A DNA stretch of 61,391 nucleotides, counting the filler, from Sphacelaria rigidula (taxonomy: Eukaryota): assembly GCA_964200075.2 (NCBI GenBank). It is 10 parts of 10 records of this genome, joined end to end, with 100 filler letters (N's around TTAATTAATTAA, not from the genome) between each part and the next. Parts side by side here need not be neighbours in the genome. Positions count along the whole stretch, not along the records: positions 36,898 to 42,946 come from CAXNAA020022584.1; positions 43,047 to 49,095 come from CAXNAA020022585.1; positions 49,196 to 55,243 come from CAXNAA020022586.1; 7 more parts are not named here. One strand, 5' to 3'. Both the position numbers and the translations under genes were made by a program. Below the pieces are notes generated by a model. That model did no database searches and was not told the origin of the DNA. It saw only the letters and a list, made by a program, of their open reading frames with translations. Positions 37,751 to 51,699 of this stretch are shown here, in pieces (the stretch's first letter is position 1; every line of letters starts with the position of its first letter).

Positions 37751-40700
37751 CTGGGTCATGACGTTGGCGCTGACGGCTGACCCCTCTTTCATCAAAGCGA
37801 TTAAAATATCGGTGAATCCCCTGTTTGCAGCGATGTGCATAGCGGTCATCCCCAGTTTCTGTTGAGACGGCGAATGACGGTGGGTGGGCAGGGCAAGAGG
37901 GGGGCTCCGTGGGTCAGGTTCATTCCAGGAGAGTGAACTCCTCTTTTAGAAGTACAGTACATCACGTTCAAAGTAGGGTACTCGGTAATTTCTTCGTGAT
38001 TGGCGATTTTCTTTAGATTTCCTTAGGTTATTTCGCTTGCCACCGCTCATCATATTGGGGACCTGATTATACTATTGATAGTATCGGCTCCACATTCCAA
38101 GGGAAACAATTCACCTTTATTCAATATTGAGTGACTTACAGGCTGACCGGTCATGCGGGATCCTGCCGCTTTTCAGCCTAGATTCTGGCTCACCGATACT
38201 TCCGGTCGATCGAGCCTGTCCCAATTGTATTTGTGAAGAAATTCATTGGCTTGTTTTTTTTAAACCCTACCTACTCATTGCACTAGAGCCGCAAAAATGT
38301 GTTTCACGTTCAATAACACCCTCCAGATGAACGGGTTATCTACTCGTTTCGCTCGATAACATAAACTAGCACTAACTTGGGCACTGTGTGTCGAGTATGA
38401 TATGTTTGTTGTACCAAAATCCACCGTCGCTAGCACTTTCGAGTTCTATCGAAGAGCAGTACGCGAGAGAAACTCCAAACCAACCCGTGCCACTTTGAAC
38501 GTAAGGTACCCATGTACCCAAACGTCGAGTTTTCTCCGCTCGAAGCGTCATGCGGACTTGTTCCCGAAATGCGCTGGTGCATTTCGTGTGCTTTACATGA
38601 AGGTTCAAATATTGCGCGAGGAAGAACTGCTTGAAACGGGGTTAAGGATGCAAGGGCTCCCGAGCGTTGTCCATACGGTGAAGCGAACCCTCTGCGGCCA
38701 CCCTCACCCCTGTGTAGGCTGCGAATCTTTGTTCACTCGTTGCAGCCAGAAAAATATAACATCTTGTGACGACTCAAACCCGTGAGCTTTACTCCAGGAA
38801 GGCCGTCGATGAGGGTGAAAAAATAACGCGGGTGGCAGCGTGCAACGGGATGATTCCGTTTCGAAGAGTGGTCGTGCTCCTAGTCTTCTAGTGGATTGCA
38901 CAAGGCGTTGGTATCGTTCAAGGTCTAGCATCATCAAGCACACCAATAACAGGGTCGTTTGCTTGCACTGCCGCAAGGAGACCCGAGCTACGATAATTTG
39001 GATGAAAATAGAGGCCGATATCACTGTGCAACTTTCATCTGGGATACTACATCGATGTGGAATATCCATCTGTCATAGATACATCTATCTAGGATACCCA
39101 TTTCGCATATCCATCTGGGATATCCATCTGGAATGTGGACATTCATCTGGAATATGGATATCCATCTGGGAAATGGATACCCGCCTAAAATATGGATATC
39201 CACCCAGGATATCCACCTCGGATATCATTGTGGGATATCCATTTGAGGTATAAACCTTTATCGGGGACATTCATCAGGGATGTCCACCTGGGAAATGGAT
39301 ACCCGTCTAAAATATGGATATCCACCCAGGATATCCACCTCGGATATCATTGCGGGATATCCATTTGAGGTATAAACCTTTATCGGGGACATCCATCGGG
39401 GATGTCCACCAGAGATGTTCATCCGGTATGTCAGATTTATTCATCTGGATGTCCACCTGGACCTGGGATATCGCAGATGAACGCCAACCTGTTATATTAA
39501 TGTGTTCCTACGTCACTCAATCTTTACCCTCAGGCAGAATATCCGAGATGAATATCCTGGGTGGATCCAACATCCCAGATAAATATTCCAGATGGGTATC
39601 TGTGCTCAGATGCAAGTTCGTGATGTAGTATTCCCCACGGGAAAAACGTTCTCCCGCCCTTTGCCCCCTCCCACTACTGTAGGGCCGGTCACTGGCATTC
39701 ACATCTTCTAGAAGTGGATCTGCTCCTCCCTTGAGCAAGACTCTGAGGCACTCCGTGGAGCCATACTCAGCGCACTTGTGAATAGGCAGACGCCACAAAG
39801 AGTCCCGTTCTGTCCTCCTGAACAATAGGCAACCGATTGTGCGCCGAAAAAGAGGAACGACCCACCATGAGGGTGCGACTGAGATACCTAGTTCATCCGT
39901 ATCGTGTCTGCCAGTCTAGCTCTGCTGGAAGCCTTGCGAGGGCCGTCCAGAGTTCATGAAGTATGCGCATTTTGTGCTTGTTGGCGCGTGGTGATTGTCC
40001 GTGCATTTGTGATGGGTATATCATGGAGTCGTTGCGTAAAGGGCGGGAACGGCTTGTTTCTCCTTTCACGTACGAGTACTCATGTGCTTTGTTAGCATAT
40101 ACTACAGTCGGGGATGCTGTTCTCGTGAGTTGTTTGACGTGATGATCCATCCACACAGCCGAGCCGCCGCCACGAGACATTTATTTACCGTGTTTTACAA
40201 GGAAAGTTGTTTTGGTCGCTTGTTCGCCCAAGCCTGCTCCAGTGTTCATGATAAAAGTTCTCAAGGAATGTCAGCAGCGTTACAAATTTGTATAACCTAC
40301 ACAACGCATTCATTACAATCCTAAATAGCTCCGTCGGTGCCATACTACAGTAGGCTGTAAGGGGAGACGTAAAAAATCTTTGATGGAGCCAACTTGGTAT
40401 CTCAGGGGGTGCGCAAAGATGGGATAGTTTCTTACCCTTCGTTAACGGTCGCGCCGGCGTCAACCAGATCGATCGCGAGGTCAGCGTTTCCTCGCACTGC
40501 GGCCCAATGCAGAGCAGAGTACCCGTTCACCTTTGCCGCATAGTAGTACACAACAACCCATTGTATGTCAAAATCGACGAGGACAAGTGGTGGACTAATG
40601 CGGCGCAGGTCAGGTATACAAGTAGGGAGGGGATGGTGTACTCATGATCTTGCATGTCATGGCCATATGACCATTTACCTCACTGCGGGGATGGGGAGAG

Positions 40701-42326
40701 GGCTGGACAGGTCGCACTGGCTGAACCAAGAGAAGAGGCTTCAGCAGCAATCTGCAAAACCTACTACTCTCAGAAAACCAGCCTCTCTTCCTTGTTCTCG
40801 CACCGATTCCGTGAATGATCATCTGTACGGATACGCATGAACTCGCCTCTCACCGTTTGGTGATCTACCCCAATGCCTCTTTTCCGACAGGCCGCGATTA
40901 ATGCCTTCGCCACGGTTCCCCTGTCGAATATAGCTGATACCACAAGAGCCGTACACCCGTCCATCTGGATTCCAAGTTTTAACGAGCCGGTCGCGAGTGC
41001 GTGGCAGCGAGGTGTTAGTGTCAATGAACCACTCGAATATCACAGCGCTTCACGGGTGATGAGGCAGGATGAGCAATCTAGGAAGCTAGGTACTTGCGAC
41101 CAGAATGCTGTGAACACGTTCTGTATGACGACTCGCGACACTTGAGCTCACGAGATATCCGCAGTAAATGACGACGTGACACGTGTCAACCTCCCAAGTG
41201 CTCCCTGCGTGATGAATACCGCGAACATTGCTTCACTCGGGGTTCTGAAATGCAGACATGCCTTACATGACCATGCAGCAAGGGCCAACAACGGGGTTAC
41301 TGCTATTAGACACTACGAGCTAACTGGGGCTTACGTTTGCAGCTGATACATCGGTGCCCTCTTGCTCCAACAGAGCAACTACCACCTCGCGGTGACCTCG
41401 CTGAGTCCCGACGATGAGCGGAGTCTCTCCTAATCTCTGGTCATGCACCGAGGAACCACGCATAGCTTCGGTAAACGTATGTGCGGTGCGTGTTTCCATG
41501 AAAATCGAATTTTTCCCGCTGAGTCATGAGCACTCTGTCGCAATTGGCTCGCCAATAGTCTTTTATGGGGGCACCGCATTATACAGGGGCAGTTCGCCAT
41601 GCCTAGGATGATGTTAGCTGAAAGGAATTCGGACCGAGGTGTCATGCATGCTACAAAAGCAAGCATTGGCATCATAACAATACTGGACATGGTGACATTT
41701 GGCGTCACCTCGCTTGGGGCATACAGCATGCACAGAAACTTCTGCACATTTCACATTCCCCGTCATGCCGCGGAGGATAATAGAGGTTGTGCAGTTGCTG
41801 TACTGCCCGCGATGAGGAGCGTTATTGTTCGATACTGAAGCAACGAGATATGCATAGAAACAATCACGCCGGAGATTTCGCGTTGTTGGCTTACGTTGCG
41901 TGCGTTTAGATCTAGGGTATCCTGAATTCCTCGATCCATCCAATATGTGCCGTTGCTTCCGCTCCGTTCCTCCTCGGCGTAGTCCTGTCTTTTATCGCAG
42001 TGCACCGTCAGCCCCTCGGATGTCACGTTCGTATCACGTACGTGTTCTCATTACATCAAGAAGTAACATGGTATGCAGAACATGCGGGATCATCCAGAAC
42101 AAGGCAATATGCCCAGGATGCTCGTGATTACGTGAAACGACGTACAGTCGTAGTTTCTGACATAACTTCAGCGGCCACCGACTCTTCCTTCCAGCTACAC
42201 GGGACGTGGCACGTTCTCTTTTACCTTAATTGCTGCCTTTGCTTGATGGTCATCGAGAGTCTGGAACGGATGAGCTTCCGCGATTTCTACCAGGAGATCT
42301 CGACTTTCCGAGGCAGGAAGCAACGC
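37751..42326 (-). CDS. Partial multi-exon ankyrin-repeat protein, about one repeat per exon
   Basis: Exons 41335-41436 (GETPLIVGTQRGHREVVVALL), 40854-40964 (GCTAL), 40436-40530 (GYSALHWAAVRGNADL), 39703-39817 (LPIHKCAEYGSTECLRVLLKGGADP), 37751-37858 (GMTAMHIAANRGFTDILIAL), with compatible phases; 42225-42326 is a less certain upstream exon. Confidence 0.9.
39020..39625. repeat. Intronic array of short GGATATCC/CATCTGGG units
   Basis: Many ggatatccac/catctggg units, plus a ~125-bp internal duplication (39165-39270 vs 39287-39395). Confidence 0.75.
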
Positions 42327-44024
42327 CTTTGGGATCATCGTTCAACGATTGGGGGGTACACGCACCGACGCAAGCAGCATAAGACTCACGCGACGAACAA
42401 ATGCTAAATGTGATGAACGCGGCGGCGAAGTGTCATCCTGAACCCGATGGGACGGGAAAAGTTGGTCGTCGGGTTATGGGAGTAGTAATTTGCACCTAAA
42501 AATGGCTCCTTCCAGCAACCACTCAGAAAGACAAATGCCCACCGCTGCCGTCGGATGGCTCTCGAGAACAAGGGCGTACAATTACCCTTCCCGCCGTTAC
42601 TGCGTCGGAGTAACTACTTCGTGCCCGCAACAAACTAGTCATACGACACAACCACCATCCCGTGGCGTGGGGTGATCGTTTGTTGAAACAATTATTTCAC
42701 GACAGGAGGAGACCATTATTGCTGTTGCTAGCTACTGCTGCTGCTCGGCAAGGTGATTCCGACATCGGTGTCGTAACTAAGTAAATACGACACCGTTCCA
42801 GCCTTCACCAACGCAGCACGGATCCGTGCACGAGTAAGTGCGCGATATTCGCACTCCCCCCAGCTACCATGGAAACTGTCCACACGTCGCACAGATCAGT
42901 TTCTATGCGATCCAGCTCCTACAGGTGAAGTATGAACACACTCATGNNNNNNNNNNNNNNNNNNNNNNNNNNNNNNNNNNNNNNNNNNNNTTAATTAATT
43001 AANNNNNNNNNNNNNNNNNNNNNNNNNNNNNNNNNNNNNNNNNNNNGCTCCGTATCGAAAGGGATGCGTGGTCAATGGTCGAACGACTAAGGCAAGCAAC
43101 AAATGAGTACGCCCCCCTCATAAAAAACCGTGGCTGGTTCAAGGAGGCAAAATAAAACATAGAATCAAAGTGAAAGAAAGCCGAGCAGAACAAGCAGCTG
43201 AAAATCCCCACGCTTCGGTTCGTTTTCGCCAATGTCGCCCGTATGAGGCGCTTCATGCAGCCTGAAACCAAACATCAGGCGCTATATGACCGTTTCCTTC
43301 GTGACATTTTTGGGCTGGTTTTGGGGTGGGGCTATCGTAAAAAGACTCCTTAGGGTTCCATCAAGATTTAAAGAGAATGAGTGACCGGAAGGTTCCACCG
43401 CGAGGTCCAAGTGCCACTATTTCAATTTTCCACAGCCAGCCCTTGGCATGGACGGCGTGAAAATAGACGCTTTCCGGGGAACACGATTCCCTCTCAAACC
43501 AGCACAACATATAAAAAAGTGCTCAGGTTCAATTCTGTACGCCTTTTTGAGGTTTGTGGCGTTTAACAAAGTATCTAGCCACCTCGGTAAAGCACGGTAA
43601 TTTTTGGGTGGTATCTGATCACCCTGGTAATCATCGGTGCAGGGACCAGTCATCACGATGATATACGGAGTTTTTGGATCGTAGCTATTATTATGGTCAC
43701 CTTGATACTCACTGGTACAGAAATCAGCCACCACGGTAATGTGCGGTATCTTGTTTTTTGTGCGTATTTCTTCTGCGTGCGGTAAAGCACGGCTTCTACT
43801 TACTGTATACCTAGACATTCAAACAACACGGAATCATATGTAGACTTGTTGGCGAAAATCCTCACCCTGGACAAGAGACAACATTTGCAAAAATAAGTGT
43901 ACTGCGCACAGTATCGAATGTACCGTCCATTGCACCGGACAATATAGTAGTCAGCATAAGCAGTCTTCACATTCGTAGTTGTTGTAGTTCTTGAGCGTTC
44001 CTCGAGATCTATTCTTCATTACCA

Positions 44025-44500
44025 CTTGAAAGTGCTAGCGCCGGTAGATTTAGGGGGAAAGTGTAGGCCGCGCTCAAACGACAGTGCCCAAGTTGGTGTT
44101 TTTGGGGCGATACGGACTAGACACCTTGTTTATCAGGAGGGTATTATTGACCGTTTTTGGTCCAATAAAAATAGTTCTCCGGCTCTTCCGCAACGAAACG
44201 GTAGATATTCGGATAAATGAATATGTATCCAATTCTTCACGAAAACGATCGAGATTGTGTTTCCCTCCTATACTGCACAGACCCCAGTCTAGCATTTTCT
44301 GCGATTGGCTTTTGTTTTTCGCGTAACATTTTTCATGAGCACTCGAAAGTGCTAGCGTCGAATTTTTTGGTAAAATAAGCAGACCGCACTCAAGTCACAA
44401 TGCCCAAGTTGGTGTTGTGGGGGCGATACGGAGTGAAGACCCCGTTTATCAGGAGGGTGTTATTGTCCGTGAATGGTCGAAGAAACATAGTTTTCCGGCT
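44025..44500. repeat. Degenerate direct repeat, ~315-bp period
   Basis: gaaagtgctagcg...tgcccaagttggtgtt...gggcgatacgga...gtttatcaggagggt occurs twice. Confidence 0.75.
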
Positions 44501-45341
44501 TTAGCGCAGTGAATAGGTGGAATTTCAGAAAAATAACCATTTTTGAGTCTTCACTTATATGATCGGGATCGAGTCGGTCCACCGAAAATACCGAAAAGCT
44601 AGAACGTGGGGTTGCACATTCGCAGAGCCCTCGAAGATCGGTCAAGCCCGTAAGTTACTCAATGTTGATCGCAGATACTTTTTCTTCCAATATTTGTCAA
44701 AAGGATGAAAATATCTCCAGATGCCTATTTTTTGGCATCTAACAGTCACTGTGATGAGCGGGGAGAACCGAAACACATTCGGGAGATCTTTGAGAAACTA
44801 AGAAAAATTACGAATTCTTCATACTTCTGACGCTGACTACTGTACATTGTATGCATTGCACTTCTTTTCGTCGATGTAATCTATTGTCGAGGTGTGCAAA
44901 ACGCAAATATAGATCTGGCCCACTGAAAACAGGCAACAGGCAGATTCACGCAGCTAACAGAAAACAGAGGGCGGACTAATTTGGAACTACGCCCGGAGGA
45001 ATTTCAACGCAAAAACCAAACCTTGAAAAAAACCTTGAAAAAAAGTCGTCTTTCATCAAGAAGAAAGAAGGGGAAAAAAGCACCCTATCGATAGCAAAGA
45101 AAACAGAAATTAAGACAAACGAGGGAAAATAGAACTTAAGAAGAAAGAAGAAAGAAGGGAGAAGAGAGAAGAAAAAAAAAAACTAAAATGGTCTGGCGGG
45201 GATCGAAGCTGCGACCTATTAGACCACTTTGTATGGAGCCCAAATCGGGAGATGCCGGAGTCTCCGGATCTGAGCAGAAAGGTGATGAACCAAAAGTCAG
45301 AACCCAGAGAAAAACGGAGAATTGATTTGGTTTCCTCAGAG

Positions 45342-46201
45342 CTACGAGCTGGGCCAGCCTAGAGGCGAATTTGAAGTTTGCAGGCCCATGCTCCAGCCAA
45401 TATTTAGAGTTCGACCCTGAAATTTAGTATGGACACTGCATAGGGCATGAAAAAAAATATACATCGGCACCAAAAGTTTTCTTTTATTCTTTTTTTCATG
45501 AGTTCAGGGTATTTTACTGATCCTTGAATACTGATTATTGGCCTCAACTCATGAAAAAAAACTTTTGGTGCCGAGGTAATTTTTTTTCATGCCCTAAGCA
45601 TTGTCCATACCAAATTTCAGGGTCCAACTCTAAATATTGGCGGGAGCCTCATGGGCCTTTTGAAGCCGGGTCGGTAGAAATTTGGAACATAATTTCGCAG
45701 GCCACTCACCGGCCCATGTTTGGTTTTCGTGTATTGAAATTTTGTGTGGGCGCTCTCTGAGGTATAATTACCAAAACAAAGTGGGTTGGGTTTTTCTTTT
45801 TTTCATTTTTTTCACTGGTTTACGGCGTTCTGCTATGTTAACGACCATTTCTTCACGAGAACGCCCTAACCTTTGCAAAAAAAAAATGAAGGCCCATTTT
45901 TTTTTATTCGGCACTCTTTTGTGGTTCTCCACACCAAAATTCGTCGCCATCCGCTAAACGCATCTTTCGGGAGTGTCATGGAATTTCTTAGTCTTGGCGC
46001 TATCTCCCTTAGGTATAGGAATTACTAGACATGGGTTTTATTCAACGAGAGAATATGGGCCCAAACTTTTGAGCAGATGGGCACCTCCCCCCTGGTTGGA
46101 CGATTAATACGATATGCGGATCACGGCCCAACTCGTCTGTTTCGATCAGATATTATTGCTTCTAGAGCTTAAATCCGTTTTTAGGCTGGCCCAGCTCGTA
46201 G
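45342..46201. mobile_element. Putative non-autonomous element with outer and nested inverted repeats
   Basis: ctacgagctgggccagccta mirrored at ~46182-46201 (same motif near 57063); nested IR ~45385-45520 vs 45530-45660. Confidence 0.5.
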
Positions 46202-47139
46202 GCGAAAAACATTGCCCAACGGACTGGGGTCCGAAAAATCAATCCATCGGAGGAAACCGGATTTAAACGGGCTGAAATCCTCATATTTGTACAAATACGG
46301 ATCGGTTGCCAAACAAGTGGTGTTCGAGATTGTACACGTCCTCGTACACGTATATCAGACCTGGCCTGGCTGGCCCGGGCTCAAAACTGAAATTCTTCAT
46401 TCCTTGTACCGAACATGTCGCGAGAACCGCGGCGACATGTTGCAAAGTAAACATATCCCTGTGATCGGGAGATCGCCACGCGTGTGCTCCAGCAGCTCTT
46501 CATATACTTAAGCGTACTCCGAGGGTGTCCATGTGTTCATACAGGAGAAACGATCGTGTGCGGAAAATATACTGTGTCAAGTATAGGGTGAACTCAAACT
46601 ATACAAGTAGCTCTACACGAAAATGCGGTGAAACTACGAACGTTTAAACATGCGGGGTGATTTGTTTTGCTCAGGGTTCTGCTGTGCCTGTTTTGCGTAC
46701 CACACCCTTGCGCACCGTGCACGATCTGTGCCATGGCGTCAAAATTATCGGAGGACCTACGCACGCTCTGTACCATGGCGTCAAACTCGTCGGGAGATCA
46801 GAGATGGCAAATGACTTGTGTCTTCGCAATACTAAGAAGGAGGCGTGGACGATGAGGCTATGATACACAGTACCAAAGAGGAGTCTTGGCATGTGCACCT
46901 CGCTACCATCCTCCCTTAGTGAGGAGACTGAGACAGGCTTGCGCTTGTGGCGTCTGGGTTGGAAAGTAGGGCATCGTAGAAAGCCCATTGAGGCGATCAG
47001 CCTTCAAGATCTCGAGCAAACAGTCGGGTCTGGGTCGACGGCACCCGCAAGCTTGTGGAGTCCCTCACTCTCGCCAGGTACATCGTGGCTGTCATGCCTC
47101 TTTTCGGAACATTATTTGAAAACAGTACTGTAGTGTATC

Positions 47140-47485
47140 ACGGGAACCGTAGGTAGGGTACCGTACCGAGCATACCCCCGGTATTCACCGCAGTATCCCA
47201 TACCGTGGCATGCGTGGGTATCGTAGGTATCGTGAGCATGAGTTTTGAAAATTCCATATTGAGCGGGTACGGTAGGTACTGGTATCTCGAAATACCGCGG
47301 TATCGTAGGTATGACGTTATGACCGTTGAAAAAACCCAATCGAGCAGGTACGGTAGGTAGTGGTATTTCGAAATACCGTGGTAGCGTAGGTATCGTAGGT
47401 ATGAGTTTTAAAAATCCTCGATTGGGTCGGTACTGGCAGGGTATGAGATGTCCCGAATACCGGTGACGGGTACCTCCCTTACCCT
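47140..47485. repeat. GGTACGGTAGGTA / GGTATCGTAGGTAT tandem-unit element
   Basis: ~70-80-bp degenerate units; same family as 48500-49070. Confidence 0.75.
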
Positions 47486-48499
47486 CTATACCGATTTCAA
47501 ACCTGTCATCCCGGCAGTGCGGAGAAGCGTTTCAGGGCGTATCTTGGGATTTTTTTGTTCGATCGAAAAAATGGAGCGGTGGAATTGATTTGAGCGAAAA
47601 TCGCTCATTTTTGTCGAGTTGGGTCAAGGTGACTTTTCAAGCTTTCGATCGAAAAAGACAACGAAATTCGTGAAACGATACAGAGTCATTCGTGTATAGT
47701 ACAGACAGTTTGTACTGTTTGCACTGATTGCAAGCAGTGTGTCTCGAGTGCGTCTGTACGTGTTCCGGATAGTAGGATTATAAAGAGAAGCGGGCAACGT
47801 CCCGTGCAGACAGCTCAGGACTTCAAGTTTTCTGTGCTTACAATGCGACGTGAAAACGACTTGAACAGCGTGGCAGCTTGGTACTGCCTGCACTGTCCAT
47901 AAGCATGAACGCAACGCGGTTGCCCACCGTACCACGCAGTTTCGTCGCTGATCCTACCATGAAAGAAGATGCGCAAGGTTTCACCAACAAGAAATAAGCA
48001 AAGCATCACCGACTAGTGCAGTGTAGCTATCCCTGTGCTCAACTCCTACTCGATGCTGCGCGGCTGCGATGGTGGCTGAAAATGAGTTGGATGGAGTTAG
48101 TATGGTTCTGTGAACGGGTATAATCTGGCGTTGTGGTCTGTAAGATAGGAGTCAATTGCCACTTCGTGCCTTTTGACCGCATGTTTTCGATCGAAAAAGC
48201 TTGGCTTTGTTGTTTGTAGTTCTTCTCCGGGCGCCACTAATAACAAATTTGAGTTGAAGCCTTCTAAGAACAGAAATTCGGTGGATCTATCAGATCGGCA
48301 TTAAAAAAATCGACTGCACTTCAGACTACATAATAATAAGTCCATTCAAATGAATCCAAACACGAAAATCAGGGGGTATCTGGGTATATATAACTTGTGA
48401 AAACAAGACGTACCTGCTCCGATAACTTCTGGCCTTTGCGTAAGTTGCGACCAGCTGTTGTTGCACCGTGGTAAGTGCATGGCGTCCGGTGTTTGCCGG

Positions 48500-49072
48500 G
48501 TATACCCTCCGGTATCTACCGGGGTATCCCGTATCATGGTTTGCGTGGGTATCGCAGGCATGCCTTTTGAAAACATCGGATTGGACGGGTACGGTAGGTA
48601 TCGAAATCCCAACATACCGTGTTATCGTAGGTATCGTAGGTACGGTATTTGAAAATACCCGATTGGGCGGGTACGGTAGGTATTGAAATATCGAAATACC
48701 GTGTTATCTTCGGTATCGTAGGTATGGGTTTTGAAAATATCCGATCGAGCGGGTACGGTAGGTATTAAAATCTCGAAATACCGTGTTATCTTCGGTATCG
48801 TAGGTATGAGTTTTGAAAATATCCGATCGAGCGGGTACGGTAGGTATTAAAATATAGAAATACCGTGGTATCGTGGGTATGGTAGGTATGAGTTTTGCAA
48901 ATACCCAATCGAGCGGGTATGGTGGATACTGAAATCTCGAAAACCGTGGTATTGTGGGTATCGTGGGTGTCGTCGGTATGACATTTGAAAGTACCCGGTT
49001 GGACCGGTATCGGTAGGGTATGAGATGTCCCAACTACCGGTACCGGGTACCTACCTCACCTACGGTACATTG
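48500..49072. repeat. GGTACGGTAGGTA / GGTATCGTAGGTAT tandem-unit element, second copy
   Basis: ~71-bp units ending ggtatgagatgtccc..taccggt..gggtacct as in the first copy. Confidence 0.75.
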
Positions 49073-49979
49073 GTGTACTGTACTTTACTGTTCTGNNNNN
49101 NNNNNNNNNNNNNNNNNNNNNNNNNNNNNNNNNNNNNNNTTAATTAATTAANNNNNNNNNNNNNNNNNNNNNNNNNNNNNNNNNNNNNNNNNNNNTGTAC
49201 CGAGCTGTTCACGCGACCAGCGTATGCTTCACATTACCTATGCGCCACGCTAGCAACAGTTAGGTCACCACCATAGGTATCTTTTTCCACTCCGCATGTC
49301 AAAAAGGTCTCTACAAGTGTTTGATCTCTCATGCACCCCGCTCAACTGGCGTGTGACAGGTTGTTCTCGTTGGGCACCGGGGTGGGGGGAGGTCGGCGCA
49401 AATCAACAATGAATTACCCCCACTAAGTTCAAATTGGATATATCTGTTTTTGCCGCAGTACCGCCCTTGCTGGCATGTGTGTGACAGAGAACAGTAGCAG
49501 TGGTGACGGAAACATTACTCTATTATTTCAACGACATGTTTTTCCGCGCACAGAGGCGCGTCCTGTCCAAAAGGAGAGGCAGAGAGAAATCGATCTTCGC
49601 GCTGGCGACAGGCAAGAAGAGACGACCGAATCTCTCCACAGCTCATTGTTTCGGGACATGGAAAATTTGGCACATGCTGATAAGATCGATGATGCCAGTC
49701 TCTCGAGAGATTGGCAATCGCCGAGCGGGGACACACAAAGGACACGGGCGAGGAGCTTCCTCTCTGTCGTCGCTTCTCTCTCTGGTGATGTCGTCATCGA
49801 CACGCGTGTACACTGCATTCGTTGGGTGCGCCTAGCCACTGCTGCTCAACTGCTACGGACATTTGGGGGGGAAAATAGCTTCGCTCGGTCGCAAGTGTTT
49901 TGCGTCTTTTCTGCAAAGAAGACATGCCACTTCAACCCCATATTTTGTATCAACACCATTTTCTAGGATCCAGTGTTTC

Positions 49980-50390
49980 ATGCTCATGGCGAAATGACGG
50001 TGAAATGTGATAGTCTTCGTCGGCAATACTCGAGTTACGACGTATGCACGCTGAAATTCCGACGTTACGTGAATAGTCGAAACCTCTTTCCTTACTACCA
50101 GTTTTCTAATGCAGTGATACCGCACGTCAATGTACTTGGGGTTGGAGTTCGTCACGAGGTTCTGTGCAAGCTGAATAGCCCCTTCATTATCCTCAAACAC
50201 GGAGATGCATGACATTCCCACCTCCGAAAACCTAAAACGCCAAGCCCTGCCTCAAAAACAATACCTCCTCGACGATATCAGTTGTAGCAACGTGTTCTGC
50301 CTCCGTTGTAGACAACGCCACACAATTATGCGTCCTAGAAAACGAAGACACCCATCTATCCGATACCTCGTACAGATAGGACCTAGTTGA
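49980..50390 (-). pseudogene. Ty1/copia RNase H fragment
   Basis: VFEDNEGAIQLAQN..KYIDVRYHCIR..HVTSEFQRA. Confidence 0.85.
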
Positions 50391-50789
50391 AGACGTGTCC
50401 TATGCAAGTCGTGTAGTTGAATAGACTTGTATTAACTTAGGTCGACGGGTGAGGCGGTAAAGAAGGAGTGTCCGGGGAAGACACCACCAGTGCTCAACGC
50501 AAATAGAATGGATATTTCCGATTGCATCGCCTGTAGGTTTCACCTCTGTGTAACAGTCACAAAGCAGTGTTTGCTAGATATAACAAGCCGAACGGACACT
50601 CTCCCTGACTTCTTTTTCCTCCAACAAGCCATTAATGCTTCAACGTCGCAAACAAAATAGTAACAAATCAATCACAACTTCTCAGTAATAATACGGTGAA
50701 ATCCATTGTACGGGATCAACAACCTGTGCCTTTCTACGATATCACAGTATTGCAACATCATTCCAAATCAGACATTGCATAATTTCCTT

Positions 50790-51400
50790 GAACCAAGAAG
50801 AAAACCACGATGCATCTCAAAGCTTGTCCTATCCAATGCTGTCGTGAGAATGTCTGCACACTGCTCCTTACCCGCAGTGTGATCTACGGTGATATCTCCA
50901 TTGCTCACTAACTCACGAACAAAATGACAGCGTACATCGACATGTTTACTACTAGACGAGCTTAGAGGACCCTCTGCCAGTGCGTTTGCTCCCTTATTAC
51001 TTTCGTGCACTGCAGAGTGCTGCGATAGGGTCTGCGCTTTTGCGGCCTGAGAGGAAATCGGAATTTAGGCATGTCGAATCACCTTTGACTCTCACCACAA
51101 TTCTTAGAGCCTCAGGGTGGAACTTGCATCCATGACCCATGAGATAATTCCAGTCTGAGGTTCGGGCGGAGGTCACAATGTTCTCAGGTATTGAATTTTC
51201 TCAGGCCGGTTTTGGCCCCAAAAGTGCAGACCCTATCGCAGCATAACTCTGCAATGTTTGAGCAACTTGCCTTTGGTATCAAGAAGGTTAAAATGCCTCT
51301 GACATACATAACCTCCATAACTCCCTTTGCCATGGCTACGCACTGTGACGAAATTACACCGTTTCACTGAGTTGCTAGTGATGGTATGGATAATGACCGG
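50790..51400 (-). pseudogene. Ty1/copia RNase H fragment interrupted by a MITE
   Basis: SNKGANALA..SKHVDVRCHFVRE..EQCADILTTAL. Confidence 0.8.
51015..51249. mobile_element. Third GAG-ended MITE with 4-bp TSD (Sola2-like)
   Basis: TIRs GAG---TGCTGCGATAGGGTCTGC / GAGTTATGCTGCGATAGGGTCTGC; TGCA duplicated (51011-51014, 51250-51253). Confidence 0.85.
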
Positions 51401-51699
51401 GGACACGGGGATTCTGAAGGATTCTGGGAGGGTTCTGGATAATGATCGGGGACACGGGAATGATATCCTAACGAGTCTATGAGGTTGTGCCTGCAAGGGC
51501 ACTTCGAATAATAACATGTTGTGAAGGCTGACAACTGAAACTGAGGCCAGTGCGACTGGGGGGTCCCCCAAACAGCAGTGGTACAGCAGTTCTTCTTCTG
51601 GCTGGCGTCACAATACCGGTATTAGGGCCAGTACCTAACGGAACCTCCTGGAAGAATTTCGGCGAAAGAGTCTGAAGGCTGGGGACAACCCGATCCAGC

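Noticed and set aside
48500..49072. Regular repeats as a CRISPR array
   Set aside because: Whole units are degenerate copies with no unique spacers, no cas genes, eukaryotic context
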